Positions 39,295-49,249 of a stretch of DNA of 64,000 nucleotides are shown here, in pieces. Below the pieces are notes generated by a model. It searched no databases, was not told the origin of the DNA, and saw only the letters and a list, made by a program, of their open reading frames with translations. Position 1 is the first letter of the stretch, and every line of letters starts with the position of its first letter. The stretch is taken from positions 3,456,001 to 3,520,000 of the forward strand of contig CBDFJQ010000002.1 of the NCBI GenBank assembly GCA_965248575.1, in the 5' to 3' direction. This stretch comes from Planctomycetota bacterium (GTDB lineage: Bacteria > Planctomycetota > B15-G4). Both the position numbers and the translations under genes were made by a program.

Positions 39295-41771
39295 CGGACT
39301 TTACCCAGCCGATCCAGAAGCGTCTCGCTCTGAGCCGCAAAGGACGGTCGGAAGCTGATGCTGAAGCGGGTGTCGGCCCGGCTGTTGAGCCTGTCTGCCC
39401 CGCCGCCAGGTGTCTTGGGCAGGGTGCTGCGACCCCGGCGCCGGCTCAGTTCGATGTCGATCAACCAGCGGTGGGCTTGCTGGCTGAGGATGATGCCGCG
39501 CTTGCTGTTCTCGTTCAGCAGCAGATCGCGTTGATTGTAGGCAGCAAAGGTCCAGCGGGGCGTCAGGACCCACTGCACGCCGGCGGTGAGGAAGTCGGAG
39601 ACGCGCCGCGATTTGTTGTGCGCAATCAGGACCCGTTGGTTCTCGCCGAAGGGCGACGAGTACGACGCAAAGGAATCGACGCTGGCCCAGCTTTGAGGGT
39701 TGTAGCGGCTGCGCCATCGCACCACCGATTCGCGCAGGCCGACGATGTCTGCCCCTGGTTTCCAGAGCGTGTCGATGGTGACCAGGCCCCTGGTCTGCCC
39801 TTCGGGTGTGCCAGCCTTCGTGTTGGTGGCAACCAGGTTGTCCCGGTCCTCGTTCGGGAAGAAGGGCATGGAGATGTCGGTGTCGAGCGTCGTGACCACC
39901 TTGTCGTTCTGGTGCGTTTGCACACGATGGCGCACGCCAACGGTGAAGGCATGGGTGTTCGCCAGCTCCTCCGTGGTGTCGATGGCGAAGAAGTCCTCGG
40001 GCCCGTGGTTGGCCTCGAAGACGCCTTGGTATCCGACGCGCGGTTCGAGAATCTGCCGAACCCCCTGCATGTTCCAGAGATCGCTTTCGTAGGGGGCCGA
40101 GCCGGAGTAGGTCCGGACCCATTCGACGCCTCCCAGCGCGGCATACCGGATCGCGCCGCCTTGGTCCGTCACGCTCGTGTCGATGGCGTTGCCCGGGGTG
40201 GGGTCCTGGGTGCGCGCCGACGTCTCGAAGCCGGTGATGTCATAGCCAGCGCTGACGGTGACGCGGTCGTCTCCCACATCCAGCGGCCAGAGCAGCGTGC
40301 CGCGCGTCCCTGCCCTGATGTTGCGTTGCGAGTCCGGCTGCGTCGGCTTCGGAGGGGGTGTCGCCGTGCCCAGGGCCTTCTTCTGGTCGGCAGGGAAGTC
40401 CGGTCTGAGTACCTGCTCAGCTCTCAAGGCTGCGCTGTCCACGAAGTCGACGCTGTTGAAGTAGGCGGTTCCGAACCACCCGGTGTCGACCTGTTCACCC
40501 GACAGGCGTCGCTCGACGCGCGGGAGGTACTCGACCTGGGTCTGGTGCCGGTTCAAGCGGGCCCGGGTCAGCACCGTGAGGGCTTCGTTGTCCTCCACAT
40601 CGCGGTAGCTGACGTACGTCTCCTGCTGTTTACCCACACGGTCTTCGTGCTCGTAGAACTCGCTCAGGTACTCACCGTCACTCACGTAGGAGAGTTCGAC
40701 GTCGACCGTCCGGTGGTCATCGAGCCGGGTCCGGTGCTCGAGATCAATGCGCCCACGCGTGTTGTCGAAGATGGGCTGATCCAGCTCGTCCCGGCGGTTG
40801 TGGTCGTAGATGTAGGAGCCGAACAGCTCTCCCTTCGAGCGTTCGGTCTCGTACGACCACTTGGGTTGATAGAACACGCCGCGGCTGGAGTAGTTGTTCA
40901 GCTCCAGCTCCCACTTCGCATCCACGGGACTGTCGGTGCCGAGCAGCCTGCCCACTCCGGCGCCCAGCTGGGAGGCATCCCCTCCCCACTTGGTGCGGAT
41001 CTCGGTCCCCAGCCGGCGCGAACTACCGAAACCGACTCCCCGCAGAGGCGGCTCGGCCTTGTCGATGTTGAAGTGCAGCGCCGGCAACCAGAGGAACGGG
41101 ATGCCCCCGAGGTGGGCGCTGTTCCAGCTCGTATGGAGGATCCGGCCTTCATCCGTGGGGATCATGCGTGTCCACGGTGTGTCGAGGGACCAGTGGGCGT
41201 GGGCGAAGTCGCAGGTGGTGTAGGAAGCGCCCTCCAACTCCCGGACCCCATCTGCCATCTGGCGCATGATCCGATACCGGACCACGACCGGCGTGTCGGT
41301 GAAGGTCGACCTCGATTCGCCTTCCAGGACGGTCAGGGTTCCCTTCTCGTTGTCCACGTAGATGGACTTGGCGCCGACGATGCGCTCGTTCTTCTCCTCG
41401 AGGGTGACGTCTCCGTCCACGAACAGCTCAAGCACCCGGCTTCCGGGAAGAACGGACTCGCCGGCGCCGATCTTGGACTTGCCCGTCCCGTGGGCGCTGC
41501 GCTTCAGCACCGCCACCAGTGTGTCGCCACGCATCCGGCGATCGCCCTGGGCGATGTCGACGCCACCAAAGAAGACCCAGATGATTCGTTCGGGGTCGTC
41601 GGCATCGGGAAAGCCGGTGTTGCCTCCTTCCGAGCGCACCACGATGGGGTCCGATTGGGCATGGAGCCCGCTGGCACCGAGCCCCAGGAAAGCCAGGGCG
41701 AGGGCCAGGAGGACGGCCCAGCGTGCGCGCCGGGCGCCCAGGAACACGTAGAATCCGTCGCGTGGGTGCAC
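39291..41771 (-). CDS. lptD: LPS-assembly outer-membrane protein LptD-like
   Basis: Signal peptide; OstA-like N-terminus (FFGGVDIAQGDRRMRGD); ASYTTCD....W; GIPFLWLP; SDGEYLSEFY; beta-barrel-like C-terminus; in a kds operon. Start uncertain. Confidence 0.8.
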
Positions 41772-41781
41772 GGCAGCCGGG

Positions 41782-44454
41782 TTAGCGATCGGGGTCAATT
41801 TTGGAGGTGTTCTGGGGGGTGAACCAGCGCAAGGCTTCGGGCCAGACTTCGAGACGTGGTGAGCTCTGCCACGAATCAAGGACACCGAGACGGCAGTCTC
41901 CGATGAGCACGAGATGGTCGTTGGGGACGTCCCAGCTCAGCTCGTTGGCCTCAACTTTCATGTCGCCGGCACTCATGCGGATACGCCCCGTCGCCTCCAG
42001 TTCCTGCAGCTTGTCGAACGAGTCCAGCCCCACTCGAATGTAGGCTGAGGGGTCTGTTTCGAGGGTGTAGAGCTTGCCATCTCGCATGCGCTGAATCGCA
42101 CATTCGCCGAACAGTTCGAGGCGCTTCTTGGGCATGTCCACGAGCAGGCGGTCGGCGGAGAAGCCGCTGCCGTTGGGGCCACGTCCGAAGACGTTTTCCC
42201 GGAACTCCCCCACTCCCTGGCTCAGGGGGTCCACGGCGCCAGTGGGCGACGCCCAGGTGAAAGGCCCATCGCTCTGGATCTCACGCGTGCTGCCATCGCT
42301 GCCAACGGTCCTCAGGAGCACATCTCTCTCGAGAGAAAAGTGGCCTCTCTGCTGGTCGAACTTGAGCACCGTGCCATGCCCTGAGAGCCCCGGACTGGAC
42401 CAGCTCACGGCGACTGGTGAGGACAGCACATAGTTCTGCACAGCTGGGATAGAGCTGGGGCTCAACCCGGGCCCCGAGCCGGGCGAAGTCTTCAACTCCA
42501 GTTCTTCTGACCGGACCCAGCCGTCTTCGCCGCGGGAGACCTGAGCGGACCCCATCAAGCGCACGATGCGTCGCATACCGTCTGCGGTGATCGCCTTCGC
42601 CGAGAGTTCCAGCCCATCTGCCGATTGGGCGCGTACGGGGCCGCGGAACTCTCCGTGCCCGGCTTCGGGCCCGAGCTGCCGGTCTTCAGGGAGCCACCAG
42701 CTCAGGCCGTCGTCTGCTTCGAGCCAGGAGTTCCCGCCTCCCGCTGCTGGCTGGGTGATGCGTGCTTGGCGCGCGACCTCGAACACCCGCTCCACGTCGT
42801 CGAGGCTCAAGCCAAAGCCGGTGATGTGCGCGTCGTTCCAACTCAGCTGGAAGTCCTGGGGCGCGGAGACCTGGGTCGCCGTGACGTCGAGCTGTGACCC
42901 CGTGAGCGTCAGCTGTGTGCCGCCGGTCTCCTGTTGCACCAGGGTCACCGCATCCCGGGCGTGGACGGCCGAAGGAGCGCCCAACTCATCCAAGGTCATG
43001 GTGATGCGGCCCGCTGAGAGGTCGCGGTGTTGATCGGGGAGCTCGAACTCGACATGGCACTCACCGTCCAGCACCAGCTCGCGCCCGGCTTCGTCGTAGA
43101 TCAGGAGCGCGCAGGAGAAGCTGCCCAACTCGGGCACGGAACCCTCGACCGGGCCCTTGAAGCGGGCCTTGATTCCATTGCCCACGACGCCGGCTGCAGC
43201 AGCTTGGGTCTTGAGAAACACACCACCTGGCGAGGAAATACGCGCTCCTGCAAGAGCGGTCGGCCCACCCTCAGCAGACGCGGTGTTCTGGATCAGCACG
43301 TCCGCAAGCAGATCCAGCGTCCCCTCGGTCTCGTGCCAGCGGAGTCCGACCGCCTCCAGGTCGAACGTGCCGTAGCGACCCGTGACCGGGCCAGGAGCGA
43401 CGAATTGCCCGTCACGGCTGTTCAGCAGCTCCGTTTCAAACCAGCCGGGGGTGGCGGCTTCTTTGGACTCCAGGCGTACATGGCCCTTGGCCCGGTCGAG
43501 CTCCCAGCCACCGCTGTCGGAGCGCAGGACGCTGAGCTCGTCGGCCTCCATGTTCCACAAGGCACCGTCGCGCACGAGGCCCACGACGGCTTCACCTCTC
43601 ATGACCATGGCGCCCGTGCCATCCTCCCAATCGAGTGTCTCGCAGGAGAGGCGCGAGCCATCTGAGGAACGCCCCGTCACCGGACCGTGCAGCCGCCCCT
43701 GTCCTCCGGTTGTGTCCGCGCTGGCAGCGTTCCATGTCAGTCCGCGCGGCGAGCTGAGCCAGGCTTCCCTGTCGCCGCTGAGATCGAGCCGCTCGATTTC
43801 CTGAAAACGGAGTTCCTGGCGGACGTCGTTCCAGCGCATGTCACGTCCCCGCAGCGTCATGGACGCCCGGGTCAGGGTGACTTCGCCCGGCGCGGAGAGC
43901 TCATCCCCTTCGTAGTGCAGCTCCTGGGTGTCGAACGTGGCGCGGGCTCCCTGCTCCAGGGGCATTTCGCCGTGCACGTTTCCGGTCAGGGAGAAGTTCT
44001 TCGAATCCACGGCGTCCATCTGGAAGCCGATGCCGAGCCCTCCGCCCATTTGGCTGACAGAGAGACGGCCGTGCTCACTGGAGATGCTGCCGGTTTCGGC
44101 TCCTGTTTCCGGGTCCAGCAGCGTGACGTGCGGCGAGTCGACGAGGATGAACGCCCCTGAATCGTCCAGATTTCCCCCGAGGATGTGGATGCGGTGCGAG
44201 GGGCGCGGCACGAGTCGACCATCGGGCAGCTCGATGTTCCGCGTGGAAACGAAGGAGGACTCCACTAACTTGAACTGGGTCGCCGTGCCGTCTTCTGGGT
44301 CCCGGATGGTGATGGCATCGAGACCTGCACCATCGGCCGTGCCGAAGGCCGGCCCCCGAGTGGGCAGCGGTTCCTCCTCCACGGAGAAAACCACGGCCAA
44401 GCCCGCGGACACCATCGCCATGAAGATGAGGGTGCGGCGGACGGCGGGCTTCAA
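41782..44454 (-). CDS. ~890-aa membrane-anchored protein with tandem LptC/LptA(OstA)-like repeats
   Basis: TTG start overlapping the kdsC stop; one N-terminal TM helix; four internal beta-strand repeats; occupies the lptC-lptA position. Confidence 0.7.
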   Translation of the reverse strand: MKPAVRRTLIFMAMVSAGLAVVFSVEEEPLPTRGPAFGTADGAGLDAITIRDPEDGTATQFKLVESSFVSTRNIELPDGRLVPRPSHRIHILGGNLDDSGAFILVDSPHVTLLDPETGAETGSISSEHGRLSVSQMGGGLGIGFQMDAVDSKNFSLTGNVHGEMPLEQGARATFDTQELHYEGDELSAPGEVTLTRASMTLRGRDMRWNDVRQELRFQEIERLDLSGDREAWLSSPRGLTWNAASADTTGGQGRLHGPVTGRSSDGSRLSCETLDWEDGTGAMVMRGEAVVGLVRDGALWNMEADELSVLRSDSGGWELDRAKGHVRLESKEAATPGWFETELLNSRDGQFVAPGPVTGRYGTFDLEAVGLRWHETEGTLDLLADVLIQNTASAEGGPTALAGARISSPGGVFLKTQAAAAGVVGNGIKARFKGPVEGSVPELGSFSCALLIYDEAGRELVLDGECHVEFELPDQHRDLSAGRITMTLDELGAPSAVHARDAVTLVQQETGGTQLTLTGSQLDVTATQVSAPQDFQLSWNDAHITGFGLSLDDVERVFEVARQARITQPAAGGGNSWLEADDGLSWWLPEDRQLGPEAGHGEFRGPVRAQSADGLELSAKAITADGMRRIVRLMGSAQVSRGEDGWVRSEELELKTSPGSGPGLSPSSIPAVQNYVLSSPVAVSWSSPGLSGHGTVLKFDQQRGHFSLERDVLLRTVGSDGSTREIQSDGPFTWASPTGAVDPLSQGVGEFRENVFGRGPNGSGFSADRLLVDMPKKRLELFGECAIQRMRDGKLYTLETDPSAYIRVGLDSFDKLQELEATGRIRMSAGDMKVEANELSWDVPNDHLVLIGDCRLGVLDSWQSSPRLEVWPEALRWFTPQNTSKIDPDR

Positions 44455-44981
44455 CAGAGTCGCTCCACCAGGGCGTCCCACTCGCCGCGCCCGCGCAGGA
44501 CGTACTCCACCAGATCGCGGACGGCTCCATGCCCGCCCGGAGACGGCAGCACGAGATCGACCCGTTCCAGGACATCCCGCGCAGCGTCTGCGGGACAGGC
44601 GGAGAGGGCTGCGAGGCGCAGGATGCCGAGGTCGGGGATGTCATCGCCCATGACGATGGTCTGGTCCGTGGTCACGCCGAAGTGCTCCAGGATCTCGTCG
44701 AAGACGGCCACCTTGTCCTTGACGCCCTCCCAGAACCGGCTGATGCGCAGCTCTCGCGCACGGCGCTCCACGGCCAGCCCCGAACGGCCGGTGAGGAAGG
44801 TGATGTGGTAGCCGGCGTCCCGCCAGACGGCCATGCCCGCACCGTCCCGGGTGTTGAAGGCCTTGATCTCGGTGTCGCCGTGCCCGCCCAGGTAGACGCC
44901 GCCGTCCGTGAGTACGCCATCCACATCCAGGACGATCAGCTTGAGCGGCTCGAGTTCGTCCTTCGGGATGGTGGTCGTCAC
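44451..44981 (-). CDS. kdsC: KDO 8-phosphate phosphatase
   Basis: LDVDGVLTDG, KAFNTRDG, GDDIPD, GGHGAVRD. Confidence 0.95.
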   Translation of the reverse strand: MTTTIPKDELEPLKLIVLDVDGVLTDGGVYLGGHGDTEIKAFNTRDGAGMAVWRDAGYHITFLTGRSGLAVERRARELRISRFWEGVKDKVAVFDEILEHFGVTTDQTIVMGDDIPDLGILRLAALSACPADAARDVLERVDLVLPSPGGHGAVRDLVEYVLRGRGEWDALVERLC

Positions 44982-45026
44982 GGGGGTCTCCAGCCAGGCG
45001 CGCCTGAGGGCTGGGAAGGGCGCGCG

Positions 45027-46037
45027 TTAATGGGCGTCGCTGAAACTCAGGGCGCGGATGTTGAGCAGGTCTTGGATGTCCAACAGACCCACTGGCTTGC
45101 CGTGCTCGTCCACGATGCCGAGCTGGTCGATCTGGCGTTCACGCAGGATGTGGAGCCCCGCGGCCACGAGGTCCTGGGGCCCCAGGGTGATGGGATCGCG
45201 GGTCATCACCTCGTCGATGGGCTTGATCATCATGTCGTAGTTGCCGGTTTCCTGGGCGTTCAACAGGCAACGCCGCAGGTCCCCATCGGTGTAGAAACCC
45301 TGGAATCGTCCGTCCTGACCCACCACAAGCACCGAGCCTGGCCGGCCCGGCGTGGTGGTCATGGCTTCCACGGCTTCCGCCAAGGTGGCGCCCGCCTGCA
45401 CCAGCGGCAGTCGTTCCCCCTGGCGCATGACCTCCTCGATCTTCATGAGGGAGCGGCCGAGGTTGCCGCCCGGATGGAAACGCGCAAACTCCTCGGTGGA
45501 GAACTTGCGCAGCTTGAGGACCTCCATGGCCAGGGCATCGCCCAGGGCCAGCATGACGGTCGTGCTGGTGGTGGGCGCCAGGCCCAAGGGGCAGACCTCC
45601 GTGACCTTGCCGTAGTCCAGGACGACGTCGGCGTGTTGGGCCAGCGGCGAGCTGCCCTCGGCGGTGATGGCGACGATCGAAGCGCCCACATCCCGCAGGG
45701 GGCCCACGAGGCGCAGGATCTCGTCGGTGGTGCCGCTGTTCGAGAGGGCCAGGACCACGTCGGCCCGGGTCACACGGCCGAGGTCACCGTGCAGGGCCTC
45801 GGCCGGATGAAGAAAGTCGGCCGGGGTGCCCGTGCTTGCCAAGGTGGCGCCGATCTTGCGCGCGATGATCCCCGCCTTGCCGATGCCCGTGGTGACCACA
45901 CGCCCTTCGCAAGCCGCCAGGAGCTTGGCGCCGCGCACGAAGTCCCCGTCCAGGGATTTCTCCAGCAGCGAGAGGGCTTCCGCTTCGGCGGCGAGCAGCT
46001 CGCGGGCCCCGCTGAGGATGTCCTGATCGTCGGTCAA
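45027..46037 (-). CDS. kdsD: Arabinose-5-phosphate isomerase (KpsF/GutQ family)
   Basis: TGIGKAG, LASTGTP, EALHGDLG, APTTST, FHPGGNLG, CBS pair; TTG start with GGAG RBS. Confidence 0.93.
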   Translation of the reverse strand: MTDDQDILSGARELLAAEAEALSLLEKSLDGDFVRGAKLLAACEGRVVTTGIGKAGIIARKIGATLASTGTPADFLHPAEALHGDLGRVTRADVVLALSNSGTTDEILRLVGPLRDVGASIVAITAEGSSPLAQHADVVLDYGKVTEVCPLGLAPTTSTTVMLALGDALAMEVLKLRKFSTEEFARFHPGGNLGRSLMKIEEVMRQGERLPLVQAGATLAEAVEAMTTTPGRPGSVLVVGQDGRFQGFYTDGDLRRCLLNAQETGNYDMMIKPIDEVMTRDPITLGPQDLVAAGLHILRERQIDQLGIVDEHGKPVGLLDIQDLLNIRALSFSDAH

Positions 46038-46156
46038 GAGAGGGGCTCCGCAGGGCCAGCCGAATCCTTTCGGCTTTGCAGCGAGCCCTGTGGATCGCTG
46101 CAAGAAAGACGGGCTAGAGTAGCGATTCCCTAGCCCAGAGCGCAGAACGAAGCCAC

Positions 46157-46888
46157 GTGCTGACGGACGAAACCATCACTTACATCGCGTTCTTCGGGGT
46201 CCTGCTGCTGTCTCTCAGTTGGCACGAGGCGGCCCATGCCTGGGTGGCGGACAAGCTGGGCGACCCCACGGCCCGCGAGCTGGGGCGGGTGACCCTCAAC
46301 CCCCTGAAGCACCTGGATCCGTTCCTGTCGGTGATCCTGCCGGTCGTCTTGTTCCTGGTGGCGGGGGTGGCGCTAGCTGGGGGCAAGCCGGTTCCCGTTC
46401 GTGTGCAGCACTTCAAGCGGCCCACACGGGACTTTATGTTCGTGGCCCTGGCGGGGCCGGGCTCCAACATCCTGATGGCCCTGCTCTTCGGGTTGCTGCT
46501 CGTGGTGGCCACCTGGGCTGAGTGGGTGAACGTCTCGGACTTCAGCCATCTGGGCCGGCCCGACATCGTGAGCCAGCCGAGCCTCGCTCGTGAACCGGAG
46601 AGCACGTTCGAACTCGTGCTGCACCTGGGCGTGCTGCTCAACGTGGCCCTCGCCATGTTCAACCTCATCCCCATCCCGCCCCTGGACGGTTCGCGCGTGA
46701 TCGGTTGGTTGCTACCAAGGGTCGCCCAGCGGGCTTGGTACTCCCTCGACAGGGTGGGCATCGTGTTGGTGCTCCTGCTGATCTACGGCTTCGATGGCAT
46801 CGATCAGTTCATGGGTCTGCTGATGGGCGTTATCCGGGAATACGACGTCCTGCTGATCTGGTTGATGGACCACAACCCGCTCGCCTGA
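46157..46888 (+). CDS. Site-2 protease (M50 family)
   Basis: HEAAH, GDPT, TLNPLKHLD, AGPGSN, FNLIPIPPLDG. Confidence 0.93.
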   Translation: MLTDETITYIAFFGVLLLSLSWHEAAHAWVADKLGDPTARELGRVTLNPLKHLDPFLSVILPVVLFLVAGVALAGGKPVPVRVQHFKRPTRDFMFVALAGPGSNILMALLFGLLLVVATWAEWVNVSDFSHLGRPDIVSQPSLAREPESTFELVLHLGVLLNVALAMFNLIPIPPLDGSRVIGWLLPRVAQRAWYSLDRVGIVLVLLLIYGFDGIDQFMGLLMGVIREYDVLLIWLMDHNPLA

Positions 46889-46954
46889 GTACCCTCAACC
46901 TGCCTGCGTCGCACTTCATGCCGCACACTTGGACCGACCACCTGACCGACACCC

Positions 46955-47857
46955 ATGACTGACCAGGTCTTCGAACTCGACAACTATCGCGGTCCCCTGG
47001 ATCTGCTGCTGCACCTCATCCGAGAGCAGGAGATGGAGATCCTGGACGTGGACCTCTCGCGCCTCTGCGACCAGTACCTGGCGGCGCTCGAGCTCATGAA
47101 GGCCGTGGACATCGACATCGCGGGGGAGTTTCTGGTGTTGGCCTCCACGCTGATCCTGGTGAAGTCGCGTTCGATCCTGCCCCGGGAAGAGGAAGTGGAC
47201 CTGGAGGAGGAGCTGGACCCCGGCGACGAGCTGATCCAGCAGCTGCTCGAGTACCGCAAGTTCAAGTCGCTCTCCATGGAACTCGGGGACAGGGCTGCTG
47301 ACGCCGCCCTGCGCCACCCGCGTGGTGCGAGTGAAGTGCCGCCCGAACCGGGTGTGGAGCTGGCCGAGATCGGGCTCTGGGACCTGGTGGGCTCCTTCGT
47401 GCGGCTCATGGAAGAGCTGGGGCTCAAGCGCGAGTTCCACACCCTGACGCTCGAGAAGCCTCTGCGGGAGTACATGCGCGACACCCTCCGGCACCTGTCG
47501 TCCAGCGGGGACTGGACCCTCAAGGACCTCGTCATGAAGTCTGGCGGCGAGAGTGCCGTGCTAGGCATCTTTCTCTCGATGCTGGAATTGGTGAAGACGC
47601 AGCAGATCGTGGTGGTCCAGGAAGCGACGAACGCGCCCATCAGCGTCGCTCTGCGCGAGGACCGCGATCCGAGCCTGCTGCACTTCCCCATGGAAGATGA
47701 CGAGCTGGAAGGGCAGCCAGGGTCCGAGGACGACGAGCCTCAGCCGAACCCTGCGGCCGTCCAGGAGGCTGACACCTCGGACAGCTTGGCCGCATCGGAC
47801 GAGGACAGTATCGTATCCCCCCTCTTGCCGCGGGCTGACGAAGCCGCGGGCAGCTGA
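46955..47857 (+). CDS. scpA: Segregation and condensation protein A (SMC kleisin)
   Basis: GPLDLLLHLI, AGEFLVLASTLI..KS..LP, LLEYRKFK, FLSMLELVK. Confidence 0.93.
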   Translation: MTDQVFELDNYRGPLDLLLHLIREQEMEILDVDLSRLCDQYLAALELMKAVDIDIAGEFLVLASTLILVKSRSILPREEEVDLEEELDPGDELIQQLLEYRKFKSLSMELGDRAADAALRHPRGASEVPPEPGVELAEIGLWDLVGSFVRLMEELGLKREFHTLTLEKPLREYMRDTLRHLSSSGDWTLKDLVMKSGGESAVLGIFLSMLELVKTQQIVVVQEATNAPISVALREDRDPSLLHFPMEDDELEGQPGSEDDEPQPNPAAVQEADTSDSLAASDEDSIVSPLLPRADEAAGS

Positions 47858-47946
47858 CGCTTCCGCGCCCTGCCAAGCGGCGACTATTTTTGTACTGATC
47901 CCTGTCGCCAGACAGGCACGACACGACACACCCGAAAGGACCATCG

Positions 47947-48288
47947 ATGGCCGGCAACACGCGCGAATTCACGGATGCAAACTTCCAGACCGACGTCATC
48001 AAGTCGGAGCTTCCCGTGGTGGTGGACCTCTGGGCGGACTGGTGTGCTCCCTGCAGGGCCATCGCTCCGACCATCGAAGCGCTCGCCGAGGAGCTCGCTG
48101 GCAAGGTCACCATCGGCAAGATGGACATCACGGCCAACCCGCAGACGCCCAGCTCCATGGGCGTCACCGCCATCCCCACCATCCTGCTCTTCAAGGGCGG
48201 CAAGGAAGTGGGTCGCATGGTCGGTTCCGGCAAGACCCCGGATGACTTCAAGAAGGAGTTCTCCAAGGTCTTCGGCGTCGCGGTCTAG
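47947..48288 (+). CDS. trxA: Thioredoxin
   Basis: WADWCAPC active site, IPTILLFKGG. Confidence 0.95.
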   Translation: MAGNTREFTDANFQTDVIKSELPVVVDLWADWCAPCRAIAPTIEALAEELAGKVTIGKMDITANPQTPSSMGVTAIPTILLFKGGKEVGRMVGSGKTPDDFKKEFSKVFGVAV

Positions 48289-48319
48289 TTGACGGGCGGC
48301 AGCGGAGCGCCCAGCGATC

Positions 48320-49249
48320 ATGCGTGTCACGCTGCTGGCCTCGGCTGCCTTCGCCCGCCCCACTCTCGATGCCTTGTTGGCCGAGGGGTATGAGGTGTCT
48401 GTCGGAACGCAACCTGCTCGGCGAGCGGGTCGCGGCCGAGGCATGCGCCCCACGGAGATCGGCGCCCACGTCGCGGCCCTGGGTTTCGAGGCGCAGGAGC
48501 TGGAGGACATCAACGACCCTGACGGCCTCGCCTGGCTGACGTCCACGAGCCCCGATCTGGTCGTGGTGGTGGCTTTCGGCCAGAAGTTGGGGCCGGTCGT
48601 GCGCAAGGTGGCCCCTTGGGGGTGCATCAACATCCACCCTTCCTTGCTGCCTCGCTGGCGCGGTGCGGCACCCGTGCAGGCTGCGGTCATGGCCGGCGAT
48701 GAGCACACCGGGGTGTGCATCATCGATGTGGTGGAGCGCATGGATGCGGGTGCGACCCTGGCCTGCAGCGAGACGAACATCGGTCGCAAGACTTCCGCCG
48801 AGCTGCTGGACGAGCTGGCGCTGGAAGGTGCCCGGCTCTTGGTGCAGACCATCAATCACATGGCGTCCGGCGAAGTGCTGCGCAAAGCGCAGGACGAGGA
48901 GCAGGTCACCCGCACGAAGAAGCTGCACAAGGACGACGGTCGGGTGCGCTGGGAGCACACCAACCGCGAGGTGGATTGCCGCGTGCGCGGTGTGACACCG
49001 ACCCCAGGGGCCTTTGCGATACTGGAGGATGGCAGCGCCTTGCGCATCCTGAAGGGCGAGCCGGTGCCCTGCGCGCGCGGGCACCTGCCCGGTGAGATCA
49101 TCCAGTCCAGCTCCGACGGGATCTACGTGGCCTGCGGGACAGGCGCCTACCTCATCAACCGGCTGCAGCGAGCCGGCGGCAAACCCCTTGATGCCGACGC
49201 CTTCCTGCGTGGGTTCTCACTGACAGAAGGCACGAGGCTGGGTCCATGA
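48320..49249 (+). CDS. fmt: Methionyl-tRNA formyltransferase
   Basis: TQP.R.AGRG, VAFG, INIHPSLLPRWRGAAP, MDAG. Confidence 0.95.
   Translation: MRVTLLASAAFARPTLDALLAEGYEVSVGTQPARRAGRGRGMRPTEIGAHVAALGFEAQELEDINDPDGLAWLTSTSPDLVVVVAFGQKLGPVVRKVAPWGCINIHPSLLPRWRGAAPVQAAVMAGDEHTGVCIIDVVERMDAGATLACSETNIGRKTSAELLDELALEGARLLVQTINHMASGEVLRKAQDEEQVTRTKKLHKDDGRVRWEHTNREVDCRVRGVTPTPGAFAILEDGSALRILKGEPVPCARGHLPGEIIQSSSDGIYVACGTGAYLINRLQRAGGKPLDADAFLRGFSLTEGTRLGP

Noticed and set aside
39471..41822. 783-aa + strand ORF
   Set aside because: Antisense shadow of lptD caused by high-GC codon bias; no recognisable motifs.
44235..44250. Second parS-like sequence TGTTCCGCGTGGAAAC
   Set aside because: Three mismatches including the core, and inside a CDS.
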